Below are positions 45,595-54,981 of a stretch of 64,000 nucleotides of DNA, in pieces (within the stretch, counting starts at the first letter, position 1; each line of letters begins with the position of its first letter). The DNA is taken from positions 1,695 to 65,694 of the forward strand of contig PBZE01000037.1 of the NCBI GenBank assembly GCA_002730095.1, in the 5' to 3' direction. The position numbers were made by a program, and so were the translations under genes. The notes beneath the pieces were generated by a model, which was not told where the DNA came from, made no database searches, and was given only the letters and a program-made list of their open reading frames with translations. This DNA is from Methanobacteriota archaeon (GTDB taxonomy: Archaea; Thermoplasmatota; Poseidoniia; Poseidoniales; Thalassarchaeaceae).

Positions 45595-48500
45595 TGGATT
45601 TCTTCTACGAGGATGATCACAGGCCAGAATCTCCAATGCATCCATTTGAGGCCATAAAGAAATGCATCGTAAAGACAGGGGACCTAGGGGGAAGGGCGTC
45701 AAGATCAGAATTCTGGAACTTCTTTTGGTTCTATCTTATACTGGCTCCAATATTATTTGTAGCTGACATTTTTTACAAAATTATGATTTTATCATTGTCC
45801 TCTCTTGTGGGCATAGGATTGCTTGATACACTTTTCTTTGTTCCCCTGTCCTACCTAGTTCTCTTTACTCAACTTGCTCTGTTCTATTCCTTCACAAGTG
45901 TAACCGTTCGTAGGTTGCATGATTTAGGAAGATCTGGTTGGTGGTTAATCAGTACCCCGATCCCTCTCCTCAACTTTGTACTGCCTTTCTTTCTTGTTCA
46001 AGAGGGTGAATACAATAAAAATGAGTACGGATCAGTACCAGACAATGATCCGATAAACGCTTCAATCATGGAAATAATGTATGCCATGCCTGACAATATG
46101 TCAATGGCGTTCAAGAGTGCTTGGAAGGGAAGGGAAAGGGTACTCGCAGTTTTTGCAGGTGTCTTCTTGGCATCGCTTGTCATAACTACAGTCCTAGCTT
46201 ACTCTGCTGGACTGAATGGGGCTTTCCTACAATTCTCTCTACAAGATGAAATCTTTGACGGAAAGGTGGATTTCGCCAATGACCCGGGTCAGGATTCTGA
46301 AGGCAGAACAAATGACTCATTACTCTGGGAAACCGCCTGCTCTGAACTCATACAGATGGACGAAATATCCGATTGTGGGTTAGTATTCGGCAGACAGGGA
46401 GTGAGAGTCAGCGGATTTTTAGATGATGGCGCCATAATTCCTCAGCCCCTAAATGCCGTAGGGGTCACTAGTACTGTTGGGGATTGGAACAATGTCAGTT
46501 GGGAATATCCCGAGGCTTATGACTCAGGACCTCCAATTAACGATAAGAGGACGATAAGGTTCTATGGAGAGGGAATATGGGACGGCGATTTGGGAGAGAG
46601 ACATTCTAACCGGGTGATATATGGATCATGGCCAGGATCTGCTGAAGAAGCCGCTTCAAATCGCTCGATCATCCTCCCTTCTCAAATTGCTGGTAAGGCA
46701 GGTGTAGGAGTAAACGACACCCTCGAATCATTAACCTTCTCTTACACATACGACTACCTTGGCTACCAAGATATACCCTCTGGCTTCGATGACTGTCCCG
46801 GGTACGAATATTTCAATCTCGATTCTGGATTCCTGTATTGTCAAGTTAACATGACGGTTTACGATCTCAAGGTAGCCGCGGTTTATCAGGAAGGAGGGGC
46901 AGGCAACCCAACTCTCCTGTTTAATCCGATAATGGTCTCGGCCTCGGTTCTCAACGATTCTCAGAAGCTTACCCTGATGGACAATGATCACGGATACCTC
47001 GGAATAGCAGTAGATAGGAACCAGCTCCCCTCCTCATCTACGAGCGCCGCCACGAAGTGGCTGGATGGATTGAAGGGGGAGATTGAGGGGTCCAATTACA
47101 CTATCGGTAATGACATAATGGTTGAATACAACGACCTCATTTCAGGCTCCATTTTATTCCTCGAGTTGTTATTGGGGCTAATAAGTGTCTTCGACTACAT
47201 CCTGATGATACCAATAGTGATACTATCATTCTCAGTTCTTATTTATGGTCTGATACTTTCTCTGGAACAGAGGAGAAGGGAGATCTCAATTCACAGGGTT
47301 ATTGGGGGTACGGAGTCAACTCTCGGCTCCCTGATTCTTCGAGAGCTGTCGGTTGTAAGTGTGCTTGGTTGGTTCTTAGGATATGTCCTCGCAATGGCCT
47401 CCGTGCCAGTAGTACTTGATGCGGTTGGATTCATGGCCTTCGAGAAAAGTGACTTCAGAGTAGTGCCCACATTGAGCGGGTTAGCTACATTCTTGATTTT
47501 CCTCGTGACAGTCGGGATAACTCTACTCTTTGGGAGCTCCAGAACATCAGAATTCTTGAGTATAGAAATCGATGAAGGAGTCAGAAGAGTTGCTCCTAGG
47601 AAGAGATCAAGGTTTTGGCTACACCTTCTGGTCTTCTTTGTTGGCGTCCTGTCATTTGTAGAGAGCTGGATAGAGAGTAACGGTGGTTTTGGTCCGTGGG
47701 GACCAAAGGGAATAAACTCCAATTTCATAGTCGATGGACTATTATTCCTGTTCGGCCCGTTCTTCCTCTGGATAGGTGGAGCCCTAGTACTCGGTAGAAT
47801 AGGCGCGGCGGGGCCTAGGATATTCACGACATTGTTTGGGTGGACCCCTGTCCTGACAGATATCAAGAGGGGATTGAGGGGATCAGGGTCGAGTGAATCA
47901 GTGAATCGTCTAGCAATAATATTACTGCTAACCCTATCAATTGTCACTGTTGCAGCCGTACAGGGGTATACCGGAACTCTGGTGGACGAGAGAACCACTT
48001 CTGCGCAGACCGGTGCGGACTTGCAGGTTCAATTCGATGAGCCAATCTCACAGCAACGAGCTATGGAGGAGGTAACGCTAGCAATACAAAGAGCCGATGT
48101 ATCCGAGATTGACTCAATAGACTACATGACCTCGGTCGGAGATATCTTCACAAATCAGAAAGGCGAAGGTTCCCTTCTCAGGACATGGATCGTCTTTGAT
48201 GGGCATGAAGATACTTTACAATGGGATGAGCAGGCAATACCGGGCAGTGACATTGGAGCTGTGTCAGATGACTGGGCATTATCGGGATTCACTGCTGGTG
48301 GGGCTGCAAGAAACCAATTGGATATTTCTAAATCAGATGTTGGATCTAATGTAACTTTACAGTACACTTCCTACGGATTCGGAGGATTCGATAGCGAAAT
48401 GAATCCAATAATAACCTCGACGATAACTGAGGCTGAGGTAACATACATGGGAGGACACAGATGGGTTCCAGGGTTACTATCCTCAGAGTCATCCCAAGCT

Positions 48501-49163
48501 ATAGTCATCGGTGAAGGAACTTACAAGCTTCTTCTAGGGCCATCGGCTGTCACTGACTACACGTCGAATCGCTGGTTCTTCGAGCTATGTGACCAGTCTC
48601 AAAAGGATTGTAAAAACGCATTGAAGACCCTAGGTGTCGAGGTCTCAAACGGTGAGGGCGTCTCATCCGCTAGCGATTGGGGGACAAATCATGAGGGCAA
48701 TGAACGTACAGGCGGGCTAATTTTCGGTACGCCGGGACTCCTAAGCCTGCAATTCGTCGTGGCATCATTGGCTTCGATAGCCTCGGCATTCGTATTCCTA
48801 TCACTCGTTCTATCACAGAGGAAGAAGGAACTGGCCATTCTTCAGGCGATCGGAGCAAGCCCGGCGCAGGTATTGCGTCTGGTACTTTTCGAGATAATGG
48901 CGATTCTCTTGGTTAGTATGGCCCTGGGAGTTATTCTCGGTTTGGCTATATCAGAATCATTCAACGGATTCTTCGGGGTATTTGGATTCATTTTCCAGAT
49001 TTTCCTCGGTCAGAGCGCCCCGATAGACAGGGACTTAGTTTGGCCTTGGACAGAGTTAATCATCGTGAATGCCTCAGTGCTCGTAGCGGTTGTGATAGCT
49101 CTTCTACTGACAACCAGGAGAGCATTGAAGTCTGACTTGGCAATAGTGCTGAAGGGGGAGTGA
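45591..49163 (+). CDS. 1190-aa fusion: N-terminal DUF805 membrane domain plus a double FtsX-type (MacB-like) ABC permease with two large extracytoplasmic domains
   Basis: DUF805 hallmarks are PFEAIKKCIVKTGDLGGRASRSEFWNFFWF...TVRRLHDLGRSGWWLI...NKNEYG (nt about 45642-46040). The two FtsX helical bundles are EISIHRVIGGTESTLGSLILRELSVVSVLGWFLGYVLA and ELAILQAIGASPAQVLRLVLFEIMAILLVSMALGVILG. Each is preceded by a soluble loop of 200-300 aa. Confidence 0.8.
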   Translation: MMDFFYEDDHRPESPMHPFEAIKKCIVKTGDLGGRASRSEFWNFFWFYLILAPILFVADIFYKIMILSLSSLVGIGLLDTLFFVPLSYLVLFTQLALFYSFTSVTVRRLHDLGRSGWWLISTPIPLLNFVLPFFLVQEGEYNKNEYGSVPDNDPINASIMEIMYAMPDNMSMAFKSAWKGRERVLAVFAGVFLASLVITTVLAYSAGLNGAFLQFSLQDEIFDGKVDFANDPGQDSEGRTNDSLLWETACSELIQMDEISDCGLVFGRQGVRVSGFLDDGAIIPQPLNAVGVTSTVGDWNNVSWEYPEAYDSGPPINDKRTIRFYGEGIWDGDLGERHSNRVIYGSWPGSAEEAASNRSIILPSQIAGKAGVGVNDTLESLTFSYTYDYLGYQDIPSGFDDCPGYEYFNLDSGFLYCQVNMTVYDLKVAAVYQEGGAGNPTLLFNPIMVSASVLNDSQKLTLMDNDHGYLGIAVDRNQLPSSSTSAATKWLDGLKGEIEGSNYTIGNDIMVEYNDLISGSILFLELLLGLISVFDYILMIPIVILSFSVLIYGLILSLEQRRREISIHRVIGGTESTLGSLILRELSVVSVLGWFLGYVLAMASVPVVLDAVGFMAFEKSDFRVVPTLSGLATFLIFLVTVGITLLFGSSRTSEFLSIEIDEGVRRVAPRKRSRFWLHLLVFFVGVLSFVESWIESNGGFGPWGPKGINSNFIVDGLLFLFGPFFLWIGGALVLGRIGAAGPRIFTTLFGWTPVLTDIKRGLRGSGSSESVNRLAIILLLTLSIVTVAAVQGYTGTLVDERTTSAQTGADLQVQFDEPISQQRAMEEVTLAIQRADVSEIDSIDYMTSVGDIFTNQKGEGSLLRTWIVFDGHEDTLQWDEQAIPGSDIGAVSDDWALSGFTAGGAARNQLDISKSDVGSNVTLQYTSYGFGGFDSEMNPIITSTITEAEVTYMGGHRWVPGLLSSESSQAIVIGEGTYKLLLGPSAVTDYTSNRWFFELCDQSQKDCKNALKTLGVEVSNGEGVSSASDWGTNHEGNERTGGLIFGTPGLLSLQFVVASLASIASAFVFLSLVLSQRKKELAILQAIGASPAQVLRLVLFEIMAILLVSMALGVILGLAISESFNGFFGVFGFIFQIFLGQSAPIDRDLVWPWTELIIVNASVLVAVVIALLLTTRRALKSDLAIVLKGE

Positions 49164-49166
49164 GAT

Positions 49167-50162
49167 ATGGAAGAGGAATCAATTATTCTTGAAGCTAAGA
49201 ATATGTATCATATCTACGAGAGCATGAGCCTAGAAGGAAATGTAGTTGCATTGAGAGGACTCAATGTTAAGATCAAGGAGGGCGAGGCCGTTGCTGTCAT
49301 AGGCCCATCTGGATCTGGAAAATCAACACTTCTGAAGTGCCTAGGTGGTTTGATGAAACCATCATCTGGCTCAGTCTCGCTAGGTGGGAAGGAAATGATA
49401 AGAATGACTGGAAACGAACTAGTCAGACTCAGGCAGGAAACAGTCTCTTTCATCTTCCAAGACTCAAATCTACTTCCCGATCTGAATGCCCTGGATAATG
49501 TCGCACAACCACTCAGGCACCAAGGGGTGATGCCGGGGCCTGCAAGGGCCAAGGCTAGGGAGTTGCTCGAGAGGCTAGCGATGGGTGACAGGTGGATGGG
49601 TATGCCAGAGCAACTCTCCGGAGGAGAGCAACAGCGTGTGGCGATCGCTAGGGCACTGATAACCAATCCAAAGCTGATACTAGCAGATGAGCCAACAGGT
49701 GCGTTGGATCCAATCACCAGTAGGGAGGTCCTAGAGTTGTTCGAGAAGCTCCATGAGGAGGAAGACGTGGCCTTCTTACTGGTCACCCACAATAGGGACG
49801 TGGCGTACTTCTGCGAGAGGTCTCTGGAACTCAGAGAGGGGAGGTTCGTGGCACAACACGGCACAGATTTCGACTTGTCAGATCTCTCAGAAACTAGGGA
49901 GCTAATTATCGACGATACCGGTACCATAACTCTCCCTCCAGATCTATTGTTGAAGCTCGGAGGGCCTGGAAGGTTCGACGTCCCCAATGTGGAAAGAGAC
50001 TCTCTAAATCTAGAGAGAGTGGAAGACGAGAAAATCGAGGTCGAGGCCAAGAATAAGAGAGAGCTTGCACAGACCTGTCCCGCTTGTAATTACGATTATG
50101 CTGACTCAATCGATCAGATTTGTCCAGAATGCGGGTCCACGAGGCCAATTGTTCACACTTGA
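49167..50162 (+). CDS. second ABC ATP-binding protein with a C-terminal extension ending in a zinc ribbon
   Basis: Walker [38 protein letters not shown]. An extra tail of about 95 aa ends in CPACNYDYADSIDQICPECG (nt 50076-50132). Confidence 0.9.
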   Translation: MEEESIILEAKNMYHIYESMSLEGNVVALRGLNVKIKEGEAVAVIGPSGSGKSTLLKCLGGLMKPSSGSVSLGGKEMIRMTGNELVRLRQETVSFIFQDSNLLPDLNALDNVAQPLRHQGVMPGPARAKARELLERLAMGDRWMGMPEQLSGGEQQRVAIARALITNPKLILADEPTGALDPITSREVLELFEKLHEEEDVAFLLVTHNRDVAYFCERSLELREGRFVAQHGTDFDLSDLSETRELIIDDTGTITLPPDLLLKLGGPGRFDVPNVERDSLNLERVEDEKIEVEAKNKRELAQTCPACNYDYADSIDQICPECGSTRPIVHT

Positions 50163-51193
50163 GGGAGCATGAACCTCTGTGGCTTTGCGATTCCTAGGTC
50201 CTTTGGAAGATCCATGCTCGCTATTGGGAGATCAACGGGTATCATCTTCTTCCCAATTAGGGCAACCCTGCTCTCCCTTCTGTCCGAAAGTAGCTTTCTC
50301 CCTACGAGCGGGGCGAGCTTCTCCGAGAACTCAATAATTTCTTGGTGAGTTGGCATATTCTCAACTGAGAGGTTGTTCCTGCTATTTCCTACATTGACAT
50401 AACCCTTCGCTTCGATGAAATCCGGGTCGGCCAAATTATCCAATCTCGCGTAATCTTCGTGGAATCCCAATGACTCATGCTTGATCAGAGTGTGCCTACA
50501 AACCGTCCTCGTGTCTAAGCTAGGCAGCAACTCCAGAGTCTCCTCCAGCTTGTGAAAGGCGCCCTGGTCGAACTTGGGCTTGCACAGTCTGTCGAATATC
50601 TCCTTGTTTGGTGCATCTACCGAGACATAGAGTTGAGTAGGCAAGGGGTCCAGGTTCTCAATTACCTTTGGAAGGCTGCCATTAGTGACCAGAAATGTGG
50701 ATGTTCCATGATTGTGACATACCTCTAAGAACTCTCCAAGTCTGGAATACAACGTCGGCTCACCATTCAATGATATTGCCACATGCTTGGGATTCTGAGC
50801 CTCGAGAAACTTCTCCTTGTCAGCCTTAGGGTTCCCTCCGAAACCAGTCAAGAGTCTACGATGCGCCTTTACCGATTCCAGATAGAGCTCGTATGGATCA
50901 TCGTCTATCTTGTTTAGGGTGTCTGAATGAGGCTCCCTCCAACAGTAAGTGCAGCCTAGGTTGCATGTGTCCACGTTGGGTGCCATCTGCATGCAGCCGT
51001 GACTCTCTATTCCGTAGAATGTGCCCTTGTAGCAAGACCTGTCCGCGATGAGACTCTGCTTAGTCCAGTGGCATACTTTCACGCCCCCATGCTCTCCAAC
51101 CAACTGGTACTTCTGCTTCGAGAGCTTGGCAGCGATACGCGGCTCTATCTTGGTCACAGGCCCTTGCATGTTAATCCCCACTCCGGATCCCAC
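50153..51193 (-). CDS. taw1: radical SAM 4-demethylwyosine synthase (Taw1/TYW1)
   Basis: CNLGCTYCWR is the CX3CX2C radical SAM cluster. The upstream Cys trio (VKVCHWTK...SCYK...HGCMQM) and ISLNGEPTLY match TYW1. Confidence 0.85.
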   Translation of the reverse strand: MGSGVGINMQGPVTKIEPRIAAKLSKQKYQLVGEHGGVKVCHWTKQSLIADRSCYKGTFYGIESHGCMQMAPNVDTCNLGCTYCWREPHSDTLNKIDDDPYELYLESVKAHRRLLTGFGGNPKADKEKFLEAQNPKHVAISLNGEPTLYSRLGEFLEVCHNHGTSTFLVTNGSLPKVIENLDPLPTQLYVSVDAPNKEIFDRLCKPKFDQGAFHKLEETLELLPSLDTRTVCRHTLIKHESLGFHEDYARLDNLADPDFIEAKGYVNVGNSRNNLSVENMPTHQEIIEFSEKLAPLVGRKLLSDRRESRVALIGKKMIPVDLPIASMDLPKDLGIAKPQRFMLPQV

Positions 51194-51242
51194 AGAGGGG
51201 ACGTGTCGAGGAACCTCCGTAAGAGTTGGAGAATATCAACCC

Positions 51243-51869
51243 TCACTCGTACTTAATTCCAGTACCATAAGCGTAAATCTCCACGCCCCTTACAGTGTTC
51301 TTGCTGTTAGATGACTGTGGAGTCATGCTTGCAGTGTCAATTCTGACGTTAATGACTTCATCCCATCCATCCGATTCAGCTTGCTCGCGCAATCTCTGCA
51401 TCACCTCGGCTCTTCCCGCGGAGATGACCTGCTGGAAAACCGTAACACTTCCTCCTATCAGATTGTTGAAGAATCCGATCATAAGGTGCCAGTGACTGGG
51501 TCCGAAGACACCGTTGGCACTAACCAGTCCAGCACTAGATACATCTGTCCTATAACCCCCATCAATGGTATTCAGAATCTCCCCCCCTTTTCTGTTTCTT
51601 AGGGAATCTCTCCTATTATTTGCCTCATGATGCATTTGTTCCACTTTCCCACTGCTGAAGACTGCTCCCCAGAGAAACATCACCGGATAGGCCACCATCC
51701 AAATTATCCCAAACAGTGATAGAAGGATGAATGGAAGTAGGAAAACGACAACAAATGGGAAACCAGAGCCCTCATCAGAACCCTGAGCAATTACATTCAT
51801 CGAAAATGATACAAATAGGGACATTACCAAAATGCAGAACAATCTGATATTGGCAATGGGGGTTTTCAT
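51243..51869 (-). CDS. membrane-anchored YbjQ/UPF0145 (DUF74) domain protein
   Basis: Two N-terminal TM helices precede a C-terminal YbjQ-like domain: NLIGGSVTVFQQVISAGRAEVMQRLREQAESDGWDEVINVRIDTA...VEIYAYGTGIKYE. Confidence 0.7.
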   Translation of the reverse strand: MKTPIANIRLFCILVMSLFVSFSMNVIAQGSDEGSGFPFVVVFLLPFILLSLFGIIWMVAYPVMFLWGAVFSSGKVEQMHHEANNRRDSLRNRKGGEILNTIDGGYRTDVSSAGLVSANGVFGPSHWHLMIGFFNNLIGGSVTVFQQVISAGRAEVMQRLREQAESDGWDEVINVRIDTASMTPQSSNSKNTVRGVEIYAYGTGIKYE

Positions 51870-51879
51870 CGAAGCACCT

Positions 51880-52215
51880 CTATTCGTATTTCACTGCCGT
51901 CCCGTAAGCGAAGAGCTCAGCGGCACCCGCTGTGATGGCCGACGTGGCAAACCTGACGTTCACAACAGCGGTTGCACCTATCGACATCGCATCTGCAACC
52001 ATTCTCCCGACTGCTTCATTTCGAGACTCCTGAAGAAGCTCGGTATACTGAGTCAATTCTCCTCCAACAATATTCTTCAATCCTGCGAAGATATCCTTCC
52101 CGACATTCTTTGCTCTAACGGTAGAGCCACTAACTACCCCCATTGTTTCGGTAATCACCTTTCCTGGGATTGTCTCTGTATTGACAACCAGAATACCATT
52201 CACTACTTGTTCCAT
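51880..52215 (-). CDS. YbjQ/UPF0145 (DUF74) family protein
   Basis: 111 aa: ...ETMGVVSGSTVRAKNVGKDIFAGLKNIVGGELTQYTELLQESRNEAVGRMVADAMSIGATAVVNVRFATS...ELFAYGTAVKYE, a canonical YbjQ pattern. Confidence 0.8.
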   Translation of the reverse strand: MEQVVNGILVVNTETIPGKVITETMGVVSGSTVRAKNVGKDIFAGLKNIVGGELTQYTELLQESRNEAVGRMVADAMSIGATAVVNVRFATSAITAGAAELFAYGTAVKYE

Positions 52216-52270
52216 GGCTTATGTTCCTAGCGGAGGCATTTCAACATACTGGCGAATTCATCGTGGAGAA

Positions 52271-52909
52271 TTATTCTTTCAGAACAACCTCAGGCCTTGA
52301 CTTGACCGATATGAGTGCCAATATCGAAAGAAGGACAATGTTGCAGCAAGCAATTTGGACAGCACCCAATGTGAACGAAAGGGTGTTGATAATATCTGGA
52401 ATCAACGTCCCTCCGGCTTCAGGGCCATAGTCATCAAGGGGTGTGAAGCCAATAGCAGACCACTTCCACATCATCCAGAAGCCTCCGAGTGTATTCACCC
52501 CTATCCAAGCTCCAAACGACTTGATCCCAATATCTCTGTTACCGGTCCAGAGTAAAATGGTCGAAAGGAATGCTATAATGGCAAGTAACCCACTATGCAA
52601 GGCAGATATCTGTATCACTTCTACCATTTCCTCATTGTATTCTAACATGTCCTGCCAAGCCATTCTGCCTTCTTCCCACTCGTCTTTCTCTTCCTGTGTA
52701 CCATTTTCTGGATAAGGCTCAATTTGCTCCCATTCGAAGGAGAAAACAGTCTCTTCCATTATAGCAGGGGTGATTCCTGAGGCGAATGCACTGAACGCGT
52801 AGAGCAAGCCCAATAATGCCATGAAAACTGCCAATCCCTTGAGCCACCACTCTGAGGGTTCCTCAACCGGAGTGTAAGCCGATTCCAATCTCACATCCTC
52901 TCGAAACAA
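52271..52909 (-). CDS. hypothetical membrane protein (about 5 TM) with an acidic extracytoplasmic loop
   Basis: 212-aa ORF with hydrophobic helices and the loop EQIEPYPENGTQEEKDEWEEGRMAWQDMLEYNEE. I recognise no family. Confidence 0.5.
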   Translation of the reverse strand: MFREDVRLESAYTPVEEPSEWWLKGLAVFMALLGLLYAFSAFASGITPAIMEETVFSFEWEQIEPYPENGTQEEKDEWEEGRMAWQDMLEYNEEMVEVIQISALHSGLLAIIAFLSTILLWTGNRDIGIKSFGAWIGVNTLGGFWMMWKWSAIGFTPLDDYGPEAGGTLIPDIINTLSFTLGAVQIACCNIVLLSILALISVKSRPEVVLKE

Positions 52910-52994
52910 AACTTAGTATTTAGAGGCCCATCTTTCTTATCGACGAGAAAATGCAATAGAATCGTTCAAGTATCAATGTCATACGCCGTGCATA

Positions 52995-54455
52995 ATGGCG
53001 CAAGACGAGTTACGACAGGCCCTAACCTTCGACGACGTACTGTTGATGCCCGCTGAGTCAGCGGTTCTCCCAGCCGAAGTTGATATTTCTACAAGTCTAA
53101 CTAGTAAGATAGATCTTAAGATTCCAATAATTTCTGCTGCAATGGACACTGTCACAGAGAGCGCAATGGCGATTGCAATGGCTCAAGCAGGCGGCCTCGG
53201 GGTCATCCATAGGAACATGAGTGTAGAGGAGCAATCCGAGGAAGTCGCCAGAGTAAAGAGGTTTGAATCAGGATTAGTCCTGAATCCGATAACGGTATCT
53301 CCAGACATGACCATAGGTGAGCTTAGAGAAATGAAGTCCAAGTACGGATTCTCAGGCTTCCCTGTGGTAAATGGAGGAGGCAGACTGGCTGGTATCATCA
53401 CCAACAGGGACATTCGATTCGTCGAGGATGAGACATCCAAAGTATCTGATTTGATGACCAAAGAGATAGTAACTGTGGGTCAAGACTACGATCCTAAAGC
53501 AGCGCAGAGGCTACTTCAACAGAATAGAATCGAGAAATTGGTCGTTATCGATGATGAAGGAAATTGTGCAGGGATGATAACTGTCAGGGACATTCAGAGG
53601 ACGAAAGATCATCCAGTCTCATGTAAGGATGAACAGGGTAGGCTCAGGGTCGCCGCCGCAACCGGAACTGGAGAACGAGGAGTAATGAGAGCTCTTTCAC
53701 TGCTTGAATCCGGGGCCGATGCGATAGTTGTCGATACTGCCCATGGACACTCCCACGGGGTAATAGAAACTGTTGCAGAGATCAGGAAGAGAGCTCCCGA
53801 ATCTACCATCATCGCTGGAAATATAGCTACTGGCGATGCAGCAAAGATGCTAATTGAGGCCGGTGCAGATGCAGTCAAAGTGGGTATTGGACCAGGCTCG
53901 ATATGTACTACGAGAATTGTTTCTGGAGTCGGAGTTCCCCAACTTACAGCTGTTCAGAGTGTGGTTGAGGTTTGTAAGACAAGAGGAATTCCGGTAATTG
54001 CAGATGGTGGAATAAAGTACAGTGGCGATATTGCCAAGGCTATCGCTGCAGGTGCAGACTGTGTTATGATAGGGTCACTGTTGGCTGGAACCGACGAATC
54101 ACCCGGAGAGACAATTCTGTACCAGGGAAGATCATACAAGGTTTACAGGGGAATGGGTTCAGTTGGTGCTATGAGCAAGGGAGCTCATGACAGGTACTTC
54201 CAGTCCGAGCAGGGCGATACAAGAAAGTACGTTCCTGAAGGGATAGAGGGCAGAGTTCCCGCTAGGGGGCCAGTTGAGAACGTAATCCATCAGCTTGTCG
54301 GGGGACTGAGGTCTTCAATGGGATATACTGGAAATGCGACCATTTTAGACATGAAGGACGGCTGTGAGTTTGTCAGAATTACTAATGCCGGACTCTCAGA
54401 GAGCCATGTTCATGACGTCGAGATAACTCGTGAAGCCCCCAACTACAGGAGATGA
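52995..54455 (+). CDS. guaB: IMP dehydrogenase (with CBS pair)
   Basis: [34 protein letters not shown] (catalytic Cys loop), [12 protein letters not shown] and YRGMGS. Confidence 0.95.
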   Translation: MAQDELRQALTFDDVLLMPAESAVLPAEVDISTSLTSKIDLKIPIISAAMDTVTESAMAIAMAQAGGLGVIHRNMSVEEQSEEVARVKRFESGLVLNPITVSPDMTIGELREMKSKYGFSGFPVVNGGGRLAGIITNRDIRFVEDETSKVSDLMTKEIVTVGQDYDPKAAQRLLQQNRIEKLVVIDDEGNCAGMITVRDIQRTKDHPVSCKDEQGRLRVAAATGTGERGVMRALSLLESGADAIVVDTAHGHSHGVIETVAEIRKRAPESTIIAGNIATGDAAKMLIEAGADAVKVGIGPGSICTTRIVSGVGVPQLTAVQSVVEVCKTRGIPVIADGGIKYSGDIAKAIAAGADCVMIGSLLAGTDESPGETILYQGRSYKVYRGMGSVGAMSKGAHDRYFQSEQGDTRKYVPEGIEGRVPARGPVENVIHQLVGGLRSSMGYTGNATILDMKDGCEFVRITNAGLSESHVHDVEITREAPNYRR

Positions 54456-54981
54456 TTATCTGGAGACCATCGTCCTCGGAGGGGGTTGCTTCTGGTGTGT
54501 GGAGGGGGCAATCAAGGGCCTCAAGGGAGTTGCTGAAGTTATCCCAGGCTATTCTGGCGGACATTTGGAAAACCCTACTTATGAGCAGGTTTGTGGAAAG
54601 AGGACCGGTCACGCTGAGGTAGTCAAGGTCACATTTGACCCTTCAATAATCAGTAGTGTGACTCTTCTCGAGGTATTCTTCACGTGTCATGATCCCACAC
54701 AACTCAATAGGCAGGGAAACGACATAGGGCCGCATTACAGAAGTGTCATTTTCTACTCTTCAGAGAGGCAGAGAGAAGACTCAGAGTCAGTTATTGAGGA
54801 GATGGGGAGCCTTTTCGATAATGAGATCGTTACTGAGGTATCACCTTTGGAGAACTTCTATGTGGCAGAAATATACCACCATGACTATTTCAAAAATAAC
54901 CCCTCCAATCCATACTGCATGATGGTAGTGGCTCCGAAAATAGCTAAGACCAGAGCCAAACACGCACATCTGTATGAGTGA
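54430..54981 (+). CDS. msrA: peptide methionine (S)-S-oxide reductase
   Basis: GGGCFWCVE active site, GYSGG...NPTYEQVC...GHAEVV and [22 protein letters not shown] start overlapping the guaB 3' end. Confidence 0.9.
   Translation: MKPPTTGDDYLETIVLGGGCFWCVEGAIKGLKGVAEVIPGYSGGHLENPTYEQVCGKRTGHAEVVKVTFDPSIISSVTLLEVFFTCHDPTQLNRQGNDIGPHYRSVIFYSSERQREDSESVIEEMGSLFDNEIVTEVSPLENFYVAEIYHHDYFKNNPSNPYCMMVVAPKIAKTRAKHAHLYE

Noticed and set aside
47291-47998. 235-aa ORF on the minus strand inside the FtsX permease gene
   Set aside because: It is antisense to a region with clear FtsX and TM features. The product is Pro/Ser/Thr-rich with no motifs, so it is a shadow ORF.
49214-50050. 278-aa ORF on the minus strand
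   Set aside because: It lies entirely antisense to the well-supported ABC ATPase gene (Walker A, signature and Walker B all intact). Its product is Ser/Pro/Leu-rich low-complexity sequence typical of shadow ORFs.
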